A stretch of 39,375 bases of DNA from a virus (taxonomy: Duplodnaviria > Caudoviricetes). The stretch spans positions 1-39,375 of the IMG/VR virus record IMGVR_UViG_3300036987_000065. The stretch is one strand, 5' to 3'. Under the pieces are notes generated by a model. That model was not told the origin of the DNA, ran no database searches, and was given only the letters and a program-made list of their open reading frames with translations. Below, one piece after another: positions 7,587-15,848 of this stretch. The translations under genes were made by a program, and so were the position numbers. The stretch's first letter is position 1. Each line of letters starts with the position of its first letter.

Positions 7587-7910
7587 ATGCGACAGATGGA
7601 AAGCCAGATCCCCGACGACAACGATCCGAACTTCGGCGGCGTCGATAGCTACGCCGGCGTGCCCTCGAGCCAGGCACCGCCGTCGACGGCGCCGCGGCTC
7701 GCTACGGTGCGCGCAAAGTTCGCCCTGTCGAGCGTCGCTGATCACGGCGACACGAAGATCGTCAACTTGCACGCAGCTACCGGCCCCGGCAACGAGGAGT
7801 GGTCGAAGTACACGCCGTCGGGAACGATCCAGCTGCACATCACCAATCCCGACGCCTCCGCCCACTTCGTGCCCGGCGTCGAATACTTCGTCGATTTCAC
7901 GAAGGCATAA
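7587..7910 (+). CDS. Conserved small phage protein (VRAKF...TPSG...NP...EYFVDFT family)
   Basis: GAGGA RBS; motif recognisable from other phage hypothetical proteins. Confidence 0.8.
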   Translation: MRQMESQIPDDNDPNFGGVDSYAGVPSSQAPPSTAPRLATVRAKFALSSVADHGDTKIVNLHAATGPGNEEWSKYTPSGTIQLHITNPDASAHFVPGVEYFVDFTKA

Positions 7911-9128
7911 ATGCGCGATCGCCGCGAGATCGAGAACGTCAAGGCTCTGCTGCAAGGTCGTATTCACGACCTTGTGGCTGAGCTCGTGCCCGACGGCAAG
8001 CTGTTGCACGGCTACTGGATGGGCACGAACCCGGCGCGCACGGATGCGCGGCCGGGCTCGTTTTGGATCATCGTCAGCCGCCCCGGCAAAACACCGGGCG
8101 CCTGGCGCGACGAGGCGGTGAACAATCTCAAGGGCGACGTCATCGGACTGATCGCGATGATCCGCTGCGGAGGCCAAAACGGCCCTGCGATCCAGTGGGC
8201 GAAGAAGTGGCTAAATTTCGAAACGCTGCCATCGGCGCAGGTTGAAAAGGCGCGCCTCGATAGCCAGGCGCGCAGGAAAAAGGCCGAGGAGTTCGCTGCG
8301 CGGCAGCTGGAAGACGATCAGAAGCGCGCTTTCGCCATCTACCTCGACAGCAAGTACGAGGATCGCGAGCGCAAGCGCCCGCGCGACCTGATGCGCACCC
8401 TCGCCGGCGCCTACCTGCGCCATCGTCGTTGCGATCTTTCCCTGTTGCCGCGCATCCCCGGCGCGATCGGGTTTCTGCCGCACGTCAAGCACATCGCTAG
8501 CATCAAGGTGCTTGAGAATGGCGAGCCAAACTATCCTTACAAGGTCGAGCGCCGCACCGAGCGGCGACCGGACGGTCGAGAGACCGTCGTCGAGACGGTC
8601 GTCTCCTACTGGCCGGCGATGGTGATCGGCATGGGCGACGACGATGGGCACATTAAGTGCGTGCACCGCACGTTCCTAGCGCGCGACGGCATAGGCGCCG
8701 AACATCCGCAAACCAACGGCAAGGCGCCGATCGAGCCTGCGCGCAAGATGTGGCCGAGCAGTGCGGGCCTCGTCGGGCGTCTGTGGCGCGGCGAGACAGA
8801 CATGACGCCGGCCGAGGCGGCGAAGCATGGGCTTCTCGACACGCTGGTGATCGGCGAAGGCGCTGAAACATGCCTGCCGGCCGCACTGGCACGGCCGGAA
8901 TTTCGCGTGTGGATGGCGGGCTCCCTGCCCAACCTGCGCAATATCAAGCTGCCGGCGTGCTGCGAGCGGGTGATCGTGCTGGCCGACAACGATTGGGGAA
9001 AGCCGGAAGCTCAGGCGAGCCTCAACGCGGGCCTTGATGCACTTGCGCGACAAGGGCGCCGACGCATCGACGTCGCGCGATCGCCGATCGGTAAGGACTT
9101 CAACGATCTTATTCGCGGGGCGGCATGA
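7911..9128 (+). CDS. Toprim-domain DNA primase-like protein
   Basis: N-terminal NPARTD..PGSF / GAWRD..GDVIGLI region; VHRTFL; IGEGAET and VLADND Toprim motifs; GKDFND. Confidence 0.88.
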   Translation: MRDRREIENVKALLQGRIHDLVAELVPDGKLLHGYWMGTNPARTDARPGSFWIIVSRPGKTPGAWRDEAVNNLKGDVIGLIAMIRCGGQNGPAIQWAKKWLNFETLPSAQVEKARLDSQARRKKAEEFAARQLEDDQKRAFAIYLDSKYEDRERKRPRDLMRTLAGAYLRHRRCDLSLLPRIPGAIGFLPHVKHIASIKVLENGEPNYPYKVERRTERRPDGRETVVETVVSYWPAMVIGMGDDDGHIKCVHRTFLARDGIGAEHPQTNGKAPIEPARKMWPSSAGLVGRLWRGETDMTPAEAAKHGLLDTLVIGEGAETCLPAALARPEFRVWMAGSLPNLRNIKLPACCERVIVLADNDWGKPEAQASLNAGLDALARQGRRRIDVARSPIGKDFNDLIRGAA

Positions 9129-9262
9129 CGGCACCGGAGACGGCATTGCTGATCGTCGGCCTGGTGCTGCTGTCCGGCTTGGCAACCGCCGTGCTGGTCA
9201 ACATTGCGCTGTCCGTGACGGCATCGATCGAACGGCGCAAACAACGGGGGAAGGCATGCTGA
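9125..9262 (+). CDS. Small membrane protein (45 aa, not in ORF track)
   Basis: MTAPETALLIVGLVLLSGLATAVLVNIALSVTASIERRKQRGKAC; ATGA-coupled to the primase stop. Confidence 0.6.
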   Translation: MTAPETALLIVGLVLLSGLATAVLVNIALSVTASIERRKQRGKAC

Positions 9263-9447
9263 AGGGCAATAACGAGCTCGTCTTAAACACGGCGACGATG
9301 ATCGAAATCGTCCAGTACTACCTCAATAACAAGCTGCTCAACAAAGACGAGCACGCGCCGAAGGTGACGAACTTTGCAATGAGCCGCGGCAACAGCCTCG
9401 ATAACACGTTCGTCGTCTCACTGGCCGACGGCGAGGGTAGCAAGTGA
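9256..9447 (+). CDS. Hypothetical protein (63 aa)
   Basis: Purine-rich RBS before MLKGNNELV; overlaps both neighbours. Confidence 0.65.
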   Translation: MLKGNNELVLNTATMIEIVQYYLNNKLLNKDEHAPKVTNFAMSRGNSLDNTFVVSLADGEGSK

Positions 9448-9578
9448 GAAAGCTTCGCGCATGGCTCGATGAGGCAACGTTGCCGATCTCGCGCGGGCAG
9501 CAAATCTATGCCGCCCTCTGCATTTTTGTCGCCAACTTTTTTGTCGTCTGGTGGTTGCTGGGGTGGCTACTGCCATGA
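9444..9578 (+). CDS. Small membrane protein (44 aa, not in ORF track)
   Basis: MRKLRAWLDEATLPISRGQQIYAALCIFVANFFVVWWLLGWLLP; GTGA and ATGA coupling at the two ends. Confidence 0.6.
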   Translation: MRKLRAWLDEATLPISRGQQIYAALCIFVANFFVVWWLLGWLLP

Positions 9579-10132
9579 GCAAACGCAACGGCAACGGTCA
9601 CGCGAACGGCAAGAGCGCGGAGCCGGCCCCTACCCCGCCGCTTTCCGAGGACGAGGCGCTGGCGATCGCCAACGGCGCGGCGATCTCCGCCTATGACTTC
9701 ATCGTCTCGCGGCGCGCATCCGATGACGACGCGCTGCCGGCTGGTCGCTTCTGGTACGCCGGCGGCGTCGTCGACGACGGCGATCGCGCCCCCGAGCACC
9801 TGGTCGCGCTGAAGGCCTTTCTGCTCGATCATCCCGGCGTAGCGCCGGCGGCGGCTTACCTGTTCATGACGCGCGAGGTGCGCCGGCAACGGCCGTTGCC
9901 GTGGCACGAGCTCCCGCTGCCGATGCGCCAGGCCTTCGCAGTGTTCGCTTCGGTTCTGGCGCCGCTAGTCACCGAAGCCCGGCGCGAGGCAAAGCTCGCC
10001 GTCGACCTCGAGGCGCCGGCGTATGCCCCGCCGCCCGATCGCGGCGTGTTTAAGCGCATCGGCAAGCGCGGCTCCAACAAGGCGCTGCGCGTGCACATGA
10101 TGCATGGTCAGAAAGGACACGTGGCACGGTGA
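9575..10132 (+). CDS. Hypothetical protein
   Basis: 185 aa from MSKRNG; coupled to the helicase gene. Confidence 0.7.
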   Translation: MSKRNGNGHANGKSAEPAPTPPLSEDEALAIANGAAISAYDFIVSRRASDDDALPAGRFWYAGGVVDDGDRAPEHLVALKAFLLDHPGVAPAAAYLFMTREVRRQRPLPWHELPLPMRQAFAVFASVLAPLVTEARREAKLAVDLEAPAYAPPPDRGVFKRIGKRGSNKALRVHMMHGQKGHVAR

Positions 10133-12054
10133 CCAATCGACCGAACCTCAAGGGTGTTTCCGACGCGCTCGACGCGGCCGAGGCCTATGTACCAGACGGC
10201 GCGCCGGCGCCGGCGGCCGAACCGAAGCCTGTCTGCAGAACGGTGCTCGATCCCGAGCCCGGCGAGGACAACGCGCAGGGCGAAGGCGCCGGCAAGTGGC
10301 TGCCGAACCATCTTGGCTTGCCGAACGACTGCCCGGTTACGCCGCTCGGCCACAACGGCGACACGTATTACTTTCTCGACACGGCTGGCCAGCTGCGTGT
10401 GCTCAAGGCGAAAGACTTCTCGAAGCTGATGCTGACGAGCCTGTTCCAGGGCCGCTATCACTACCTTTATTGGGCATGGCCGCGCTTCACGAAGGAAGGC
10501 AAATGCGCCAGCTTCCACGCTGACGAGGCCGCCGCCGCTTTGATGGCCGCATGCGATGCTGTCGGCTCCTGGTCGCCGCTCGAGCGCGTGCGCGGGCGCG
10601 GTGCGTGGCTCGGCGCCAAGGGTGATCTGATCCTCCACACCGGCGGCTCGCTATGGATTTACGGCCGCGAGCGGCCGACCGGCGTGCTTGGTCGCCACGT
10701 CTACGCGCGCCAGCCGGATTCGCTCGAGCCGTGGCCGACGCGCATCGACGATCTCAATCCGGCCGTGCTGCTGCTGCCGATGCTGCGCCGCTGGAATTGG
10801 GCCCGGCCCGAGCTCGATCCCGTGCTGATGTGCGGCTGGATCGCGGCTGCGATGGTCGGCGGTGCGCTCAAGTGGCGGCCCATCGTCTGGCTGACCGGCG
10901 ATCGCGGCACCGGCAAGTCGACGCTGCAGGACATCGTTAAGGGCCTGTTCGGCGATGGCATCCTGTCGACGTCGGACACGACGGCGGCCGGCATCTACCA
11001 GTTCGTCGGGCGCGACAGCTTGCCCGTAGCGATCGACGAGGCCGAGGCCGAGGACGATAACCGGCGCGTCAAAAGCCTGATCAAGCTGGCGCGTGCTGCT
11101 GCATCGGGCTCGGGCGGCAACCGCGGCTCCGACAGCGGCGTGGCGAGCAGCTTCGCGATCCGCTCTGCGTTCCTCATGAGCTCGATCAACATCCCACCTC
11201 TGCAGACGTCAGACCGATCCCGCATGGCGCTGTTGCGACTTCGCGAGATCGACCCGTCGCTGCCGCCGCCGACGCTCGTATCAGAGGCCGAGCTCAAGAT
11301 CGTCGGCCGCGAAGTCGCCGAGCAAGGCGAGCTATCCGAGGAGGACCTGGCGCGCCTTGGCCAGATGATCCTGCGCCGCATGATGGACACGTTCGGGCAG
11401 CTGCAGGTGACCTTCGACGCCTACCGCGCGGAGTTGCGCGCCGCTGGCCACGACCAGCGCGGGCAGGACACGTTCGGCATGCTGCTCGCGTGCGCGAACC
11501 TGCTCATCGGCGAGAGTTTCGAAGATCTCAAGGTGCCGATGGGCGAGGACCTCACCATCTGGCGCGAGCGCCTCAAGGTGACGGAGATGGCCGAGTTCGA
11601 GGACGACAAGCGCAACTGGCGCGCATGTCTCTCGCGCCTGCTGACGACGCCCGTCGACGCCTGGCGCGGCGGCATGAAACTCACGATCGGCCGGGTTGTA
11701 GAGGATTTCTACAACAAGACCGATCCCGCGATTACGCTCAAGGACACGCGCGACAAGCTCGAGCAGGGCGGCGTCACGCTGATCAAGCCGGACGATCTCG
11801 GCGGCCCGCATTGGCTCGTGGTCCCGCATTTCAATCCGGCGCTGCAGAAGCTTTTCCAGGGCACTGTGTGGGCCGGTGACGGCCAGTCGGGAGGCTGGTC
11901 GCAGGCGCTTCGACAAGGGCCCGAGGGAACGCTCTGGACGGCCCGCCAGGCGAGGGTCTCGGGCGACAAGGGCCGATGTGTCTGCATCAGCCTGGATGCG
12001 CTCTACGGGCCTGGCGGGATTATGGCTGACGACGCCGGCAGCAAGCTCTCATGA
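10129..12054 (+). CDS. P-loop NTPase, putative replicative helicase / origin-binding protein
   Basis: Walker A GDRGTGKST, Walker B AIDEAE, SSIN sensor, DRSR arginine finger. Lies downstream of the primase and upstream of the iterons. Confidence 0.85.
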   Translation: MTNRPNLKGVSDALDAAEAYVPDGAPAPAAEPKPVCRTVLDPEPGEDNAQGEGAGKWLPNHLGLPNDCPVTPLGHNGDTYYFLDTAGQLRVLKAKDFSKLMLTSLFQGRYHYLYWAWPRFTKEGKCASFHADEAAAALMAACDAVGSWSPLERVRGRGAWLGAKGDLILHTGGSLWIYGRERPTGVLGRHVYARQPDSLEPWPTRIDDLNPAVLLLPMLRRWNWARPELDPVLMCGWIAAAMVGGALKWRPIVWLTGDRGTGKSTLQDIVKGLFGDGILSTSDTTAAGIYQFVGRDSLPVAIDEAEAEDDNRRVKSLIKLARAAASGSGGNRGSDSGVASSFAIRSAFLMSSINIPPLQTSDRSRMALLRLREIDPSLPPPTLVSEAELKIVGREVAEQGELSEEDLARLGQMILRRMMDTFGQLQVTFDAYRAELRAAGHDQRGQDTFGMLLACANLLIGESFEDLKVPMGEDLTIWRERLKVTEMAEFEDDKRNWRACLSRLLTTPVDAWRGGMKLTIGRVVEDFYNKTDPAITLKDTRDKLEQGGVTLIKPDDLGGPHWLVVPHFNPALQKLFQGTVWAGDGQSGGWSQALRQGPEGTLWTARQARVSGDKGRCVCISLDALYGPGGIMADDAGSKLS

Positions 12055-12214
12055 AACAACTCGTGCTGCGCGACTAGCGCAGCGCTCCGCATCACTTCGC
12101 TTCACACCCCGACCCTCAAGTACTGCGTAATCGCCCCGAGTAATCCCGAGTATCCCGAACCCCCACCCCGCAAGGCGGGGAATTTCTCGTGGCTGTGGGT
12201 TTGGGGGGATTTCT

Positions 12215-12530
12215 TCTCGTTCCGGTTGCGTAGTGGAACATGCCGTTCCGGGTGCCGTTCCGCTTTGCGTTCCAGTCCATTGCGTTGTTTTTGTTGGCGT
12301 TTCTCCAAAGTGGAACGGTGGAACACCGGAACGCTGCGGCCTCATGTGTGCGTGTACGCGTGCGGGCGCGCGAATGTTCCAGTGTTCCAGTGTTCCACAT
12401 TGGGGAGTGTGTAAGGGAAACAAGTACTTAGGCTGGAACGCTCATTGGAACGTCAGCCAACGGAGCGTTCCATTCCGCGGCGGGGCAATAAAATACCGGG
12501 ATTTATGGGGTCATGACGGAACGGAACGCG
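12215..12530. repeat. Putative replication origin with GGAAC/GTTCC iterons
   Basis: About 16 copies of GGAAC or GTTCC in both orientations in a lower-GC intergenic region. Confidence 0.7.
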
Positions 12531-13073
12531 GAATTGGCGCTCGGCGGGGCGCCGGCGGAGGGCGCGGCGGCGCCGCGGGGGCCGGGACGGCCGAAGGGCG
12601 CGAAGAACAAGCGCGGGCGCGACTGGCAGGCCTACGCCAACAGCCTCGGCGTCCATCCGCTGATGCTGATGCTCGGCGACGTCAACAAGACCGATCGCCA
12701 GCTGGCCGAGGAGCTCGAGCTCGTCCAGCGCGACGATAAGGACCGCGTCAAGCTGGGTGCCGATGGCAAGCCGCTGCTGCTGCCTACAGCGCTGCGCCAG
12801 GCGCGTGCGCTTCGGTACGACGCGGCGGCACAGGCGCTGCCGTACATCGAGCAGAAGCTGCCGGCGCTGGACGAGAACGAGGACGGCGGACGCAAGCAAA
12901 TCCTGATGATCGTCGGCAACGTATCGCCTGACCAGGCGGCTGCGATCGAGCAGCGCGGCTTGCACTTCGCGCTCAAGCAAAATCAACAGGTTAGCGAGGC
13001 GGAAGTCGTGAAGTCGGACGCGCAACAGTCGGACGATGCGCCTAACCAGCTGACATTCAACGAGGATCGCTAG
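12513..13073 (+). CDS. terS: Terminase small subunit (putative)
   Basis: GRPKGAKNK motif, AAAQALPYIEQK, position upstream of TerL. Confidence 0.75.
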   Translation: MTERNAELALGGAPAEGAAAPRGPGRPKGAKNKRGRDWQAYANSLGVHPLMLMLGDVNKTDRQLAEELELVQRDDKDRVKLGADGKPLLLPTALRQARALRYDAAAQALPYIEQKLPALDENEDGGRKQILMIVGNVSPDQAAAIEQRGLHFALKQNQQVSEAEVVKSDAQQSDDAPNQLTFNEDR

Positions 13074-13314
13074 CATGGCCCATGATCTGAAATCAGTGGC
13101 CGGTCAGGCCGCGCCCGCCGCGACCCCCCCGCCGGCCTTCGCGCGCGCCGGCCGCCAGGCCCCCCCGCCCCCCGGAAATCGCGCGCCTCGAAATTCTTGC
13201 GGGGGGGCGTCTCACACACTGAGCCTTCTCCGAGGTACCCCGGCCGAAACTGAGGGCCGCGCGAAACTGATGGCCATGGATGGGGTCGGGGGAAGCTGGC
13301 GCAACGATATCAAG

Positions 13315-13422
13315 ATGCCGAGGCGCTTGTGCCCAGTGTGCGGCGTCCGCGGCTTCGTTCGGGCCGCGGGCGGCGACCTCGCCGATTGCGCTGATTGCGA
13401 AGGGTCGGGGGTAGCGCGATGA
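13315..13422 (+). CDS. Tiny CxxC...CxxC zinc-finger peptide (start uncertain)
   Basis: MPRRLCPVCGVRG...DCADCEGSG; stop overlaps the terL ATG. Confidence 0.4.
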   Translation: MPRRLCPVCGVRGFVRAAGGDLADCADCEGSGVAR

Positions 13423-15116
13423 GCTTCTCTCCGACCGACGAGCTCGTCGACGAGGGCCGGTTCTTCGTCCCGACCGAATACGACGAGGTCGACCACGTCG
13501 CCGCGCTGATCGAGCTGCAGCGCTTCAACTTCCCCGGTCCCGTCTCCGAGGCGTTCTTTCACGACAACAGTTTCGTCAGCTTCATCCAGGGGCCCTACGG
13601 TTCGGCAAAGACGACGACGTGTTTCTTCAAGTTGCTGGCCCGCGCGATGCGCATGCCGATCTGCAAAGACGGCAAACGGCACTACCGCGCGCTCGTGCTG
13701 CGCGACACCTACCGGCGCATGGAACGCACCGCGATCCGCTCGTGGCACAAGTGGTTCCCGCCATCCGCCGGCGAGTGGGCGGGCGGCCAGGACCGGCCGT
13801 CTAAACACAAGCTCGAGATCGTCGATCTCAACGGCGTCGTGCTCGTGTTCGAAATCGAGTTCGCCGCCGTCGGCGATCTCGACGTCGAAGACTTCATGGG
13901 CGGCTACGAAGTCACCGATATCTTCCTCAACGAGGTGAACCTGCAAAAGCAGGAAGTTCTCACCTACGGCTCCGGCCGCTGCGGTCGCTTCCCTTCGATC
14001 AAAGATTTGCCGGAGAACATGCCGCTGCGGGGCACCGCGAAGGTCGACGGCGAGGAAATCTCGCTGGCTGGCTACACGATCACCAGGCTGCCGCCGGGCC
14101 TGAAGTACAAGGACCTGCCACCCGGCGCTGTGTTCGACTACGGCATCATCGGCGATCTCAACGCGCCGGAATACGGCAGCTGGCTGCTGAACATGAAGTT
14201 CGGCGTGCTCGACCCGGCCGTGGCGGCGCTCGGAAAGACGACGTTCTTCCGTCAGCCGGGCGGCCGCGAGATCGGCGCCGAGAACACACAACATCTGCCG
14301 CCTGCGTATTACGAACGCCTCGCCGCCGCCAACGCGCATCAGGCCTGGTGGGTCGCGCGCATGATCGACAACAAGCCAGGATTTTCGCGACACGGAAAGC
14401 CGGTTTACGACGAGTACAACGAGGAGCTCCACTGTCCCGAACTCCCGATTCCGATCATGCCGAATGTGCCGCTCGAGTTCGGTTTCGACGGTGGCACGTC
14501 TGGCCTGCATCCCGCGGCCGTCGTCGGACAGCGCACCTCGCTCGGACAGATGCGCATCATCAAAGAATTCTATCTCGGACGCTGTGGCCCGACGCGCTTC
14601 GCCGAGGCGATCGCCACGTGGTTGGATAGCAACGAGGCGAAGGGCGTACCGATCGCAAAGGAACACTTCGTCGATCCGACGGCGTTCGACGGCGTCGACG
14701 AAAAATCGGGCGAGCTCGGCTTTATCGACATCGTCCAGAACATCACCGGATTGCACCTGGTGCCGGCGCCATCGAACGAGCCGGCCATCCGTCAGGACGC
14801 TGTGCGCCAGGAGCTCGTCTATCTGATCGACGGCAAGCACCCCGCGCTCGTCATCTGCAAGACCTGCATTTGGCTGCACAAGGGCATGGCGTCCGACTAT
14901 CGCTATTCGAAGATCAGGCGCGAAACCGGCGACGAGCACGCCGAAGCTCCGATGAAGAACGAGGCCTCGCACCCTCAAGACGGGCTGCAGTACCTCATGC
15001 TCGGCACGCGTGGAATACAGGCCGTCGTGCGGCGCAAGCACGGGGCCCGCGGCCGTGGTGGCGAGATGCCCTCGAGCGTCACCGTCGACACCGGCCACGG
15101 GGATATGTTCGGATGA
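13419..15116 (+). CDS. terL: Terminase large subunit
   Basis: GPYGSAKT Walker A, VLRDTY, IFLNE Walker B, GDLNAP, FGFDGG and SHPQDGLQY nuclease motifs. Confidence 0.93.
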   Translation: MSFSPTDELVDEGRFFVPTEYDEVDHVAALIELQRFNFPGPVSEAFFHDNSFVSFIQGPYGSAKTTTCFFKLLARAMRMPICKDGKRHYRALVLRDTYRRMERTAIRSWHKWFPPSAGEWAGGQDRPSKHKLEIVDLNGVVLVFEIEFAAVGDLDVEDFMGGYEVTDIFLNEVNLQKQEVLTYGSGRCGRFPSIKDLPENMPLRGTAKVDGEEISLAGYTITRLPPGLKYKDLPPGAVFDYGIIGDLNAPEYGSWLLNMKFGVLDPAVAALGKTTFFRQPGGREIGAENTQHLPPAYYERLAAANAHQAWWVARMIDNKPGFSRHGKPVYDEYNEELHCPELPIPIMPNVPLEFGFDGGTSGLHPAAVVGQRTSLGQMRIIKEFYLGRCGPTRFAEAIATWLDSNEAKGVPIAKEHFVDPTAFDGVDEKSGELGFIDIVQNITGLHLVPAPSNEPAIRQDAVRQELVYLIDGKHPALVICKTCIWLHKGMASDYRYSKIRRETGDEHAEAPMKNEASHPQDGLQYLMLGTRGIQAVVRRKHGARGRGGEMPSSVTVDTGHGDMFG

Positions 15117-15586
15117 TCATTCGGCGCTCGCGCTTCTCCGATATCGCTGCCCTATACGCCGGCCTGGGCATCGCGACGCCCCGCGCCAGCGAGTATCAGG
15201 CGCTCGCTTGCAACCTCGCGCTTGGCCCCGCCTGGACGTTCCGCGCCACGTCGGAGGGTCCCATCGCGGCGCTCGCCGGTATCGTCTGGGAGCTCGATGC
15301 CGGCGTGATCTGGTTTCGATCGGGCGCCGGCGCCGAGATGATCATGCCCCGCCTGGTCCGCGCGTTCCGGGGCATGATCGCGGCCGTCGCTCGTGGCGCC
15401 GAGGTGCCGATCGTCACCTGGGAGCAAGAGCTTAATCCGGTCGGTCAGCGCATAGCGACCGCGCTCGGCTTCGAGGACAGAGGCCAGCGTCTCGGCCACG
15501 TGCAGGTCTGGGAATGGAGGGCGGACGATGGAAAAGGCCGTGAAGGCGGTACTCGGTGGGCTGGGCACGCTGCTCGGCGGCAGTGA
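15113..15586 (+). CDS. Hypothetical protein, possible GNAT-like fold
   Basis: MIIRRSRFSDI start and NPVGQRIATALGFE ending resemble acetyltransferase-fold virion genes; coupled to terL. Confidence 0.5.
   Translation: MIIRRSRFSDIAALYAGLGIATPRASEYQALACNLALGPAWTFRATSEGPIAALAGIVWELDAGVIWFRSGAGAEMIMPRLVRAFRGMIAAVARGAEVPIVTWEQELNPVGQRIATALGFEDRGQRLGHVQVWEWRADDGKGREGGTRWAGHAARRQ
15254..15285 (+). promoter_or_regulatory. 16-bp phage promoter motif, copy 2 (portal module)
   Basis: GAGGGTCCCATCGCGG-N10-TATCGT, inside a CDS, about 240 bp before the 15528 start. Confidence 0.7.
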
Positions 15587-15848
15587 CGACAAGCTGCAGG
15601 AGGCGCAGCTGGGTCTGATCCGCGATCAGCAAGCAGCGATCCGCGGCCAGCAGGATGCGTTATCGCGGGAGCAAGCGAAACAGGATCAGATCGTCGCCGC
15701 GCGTGAAGCCGAAAGCGCAGCTGCCGCCGAAGAGGAGCGACGCATTCGGCGCAAGGGCGGACGCGCCGGCCAGCTGACGTTCGTCGACAGTGGCGCAACG
15801 GGCGTTACCGGCGGCCTATCGACGGCACTCGGCGGAGGCCAGCGTTGA
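15528..15848 (+). CDS. Small coiled-coil virion-associated protein
   Basis: GGAGG RBS; ends ...RRKGGRAGQLT...TALGG, typical of the gene preceding podovirus portals. Confidence 0.7.
   Translation: MEKAVKAVLGGLGTLLGGSDDKLQEAQLGLIRDQQAAIRGQQDALSREQAKQDQIVAAREAESAAAAEEERRIRRKGGRAGQLTFVDSGATGVTGGLSTALGGGQR

Noticed and set aside
12245-12451. GTTC/GAAC pairs as alphaproteobacterial LexA boxes
   Set aside because: Spacings are N8, N4 or N5, not the required N7; better explained as iterons.
12049-12739. ORFs across the origin region
   Set aside because: Translations simply reflect the iterons (WN, VP, FH repeats); no RBS or coupling.
13212-15098. Long antisense ORFs (also 27906-29531, 23042-24355, 17754-18863)
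   Set aside because: Shadow frames opposite clear genes, expected with high GC and strong codon bias; no recognisable motifs.
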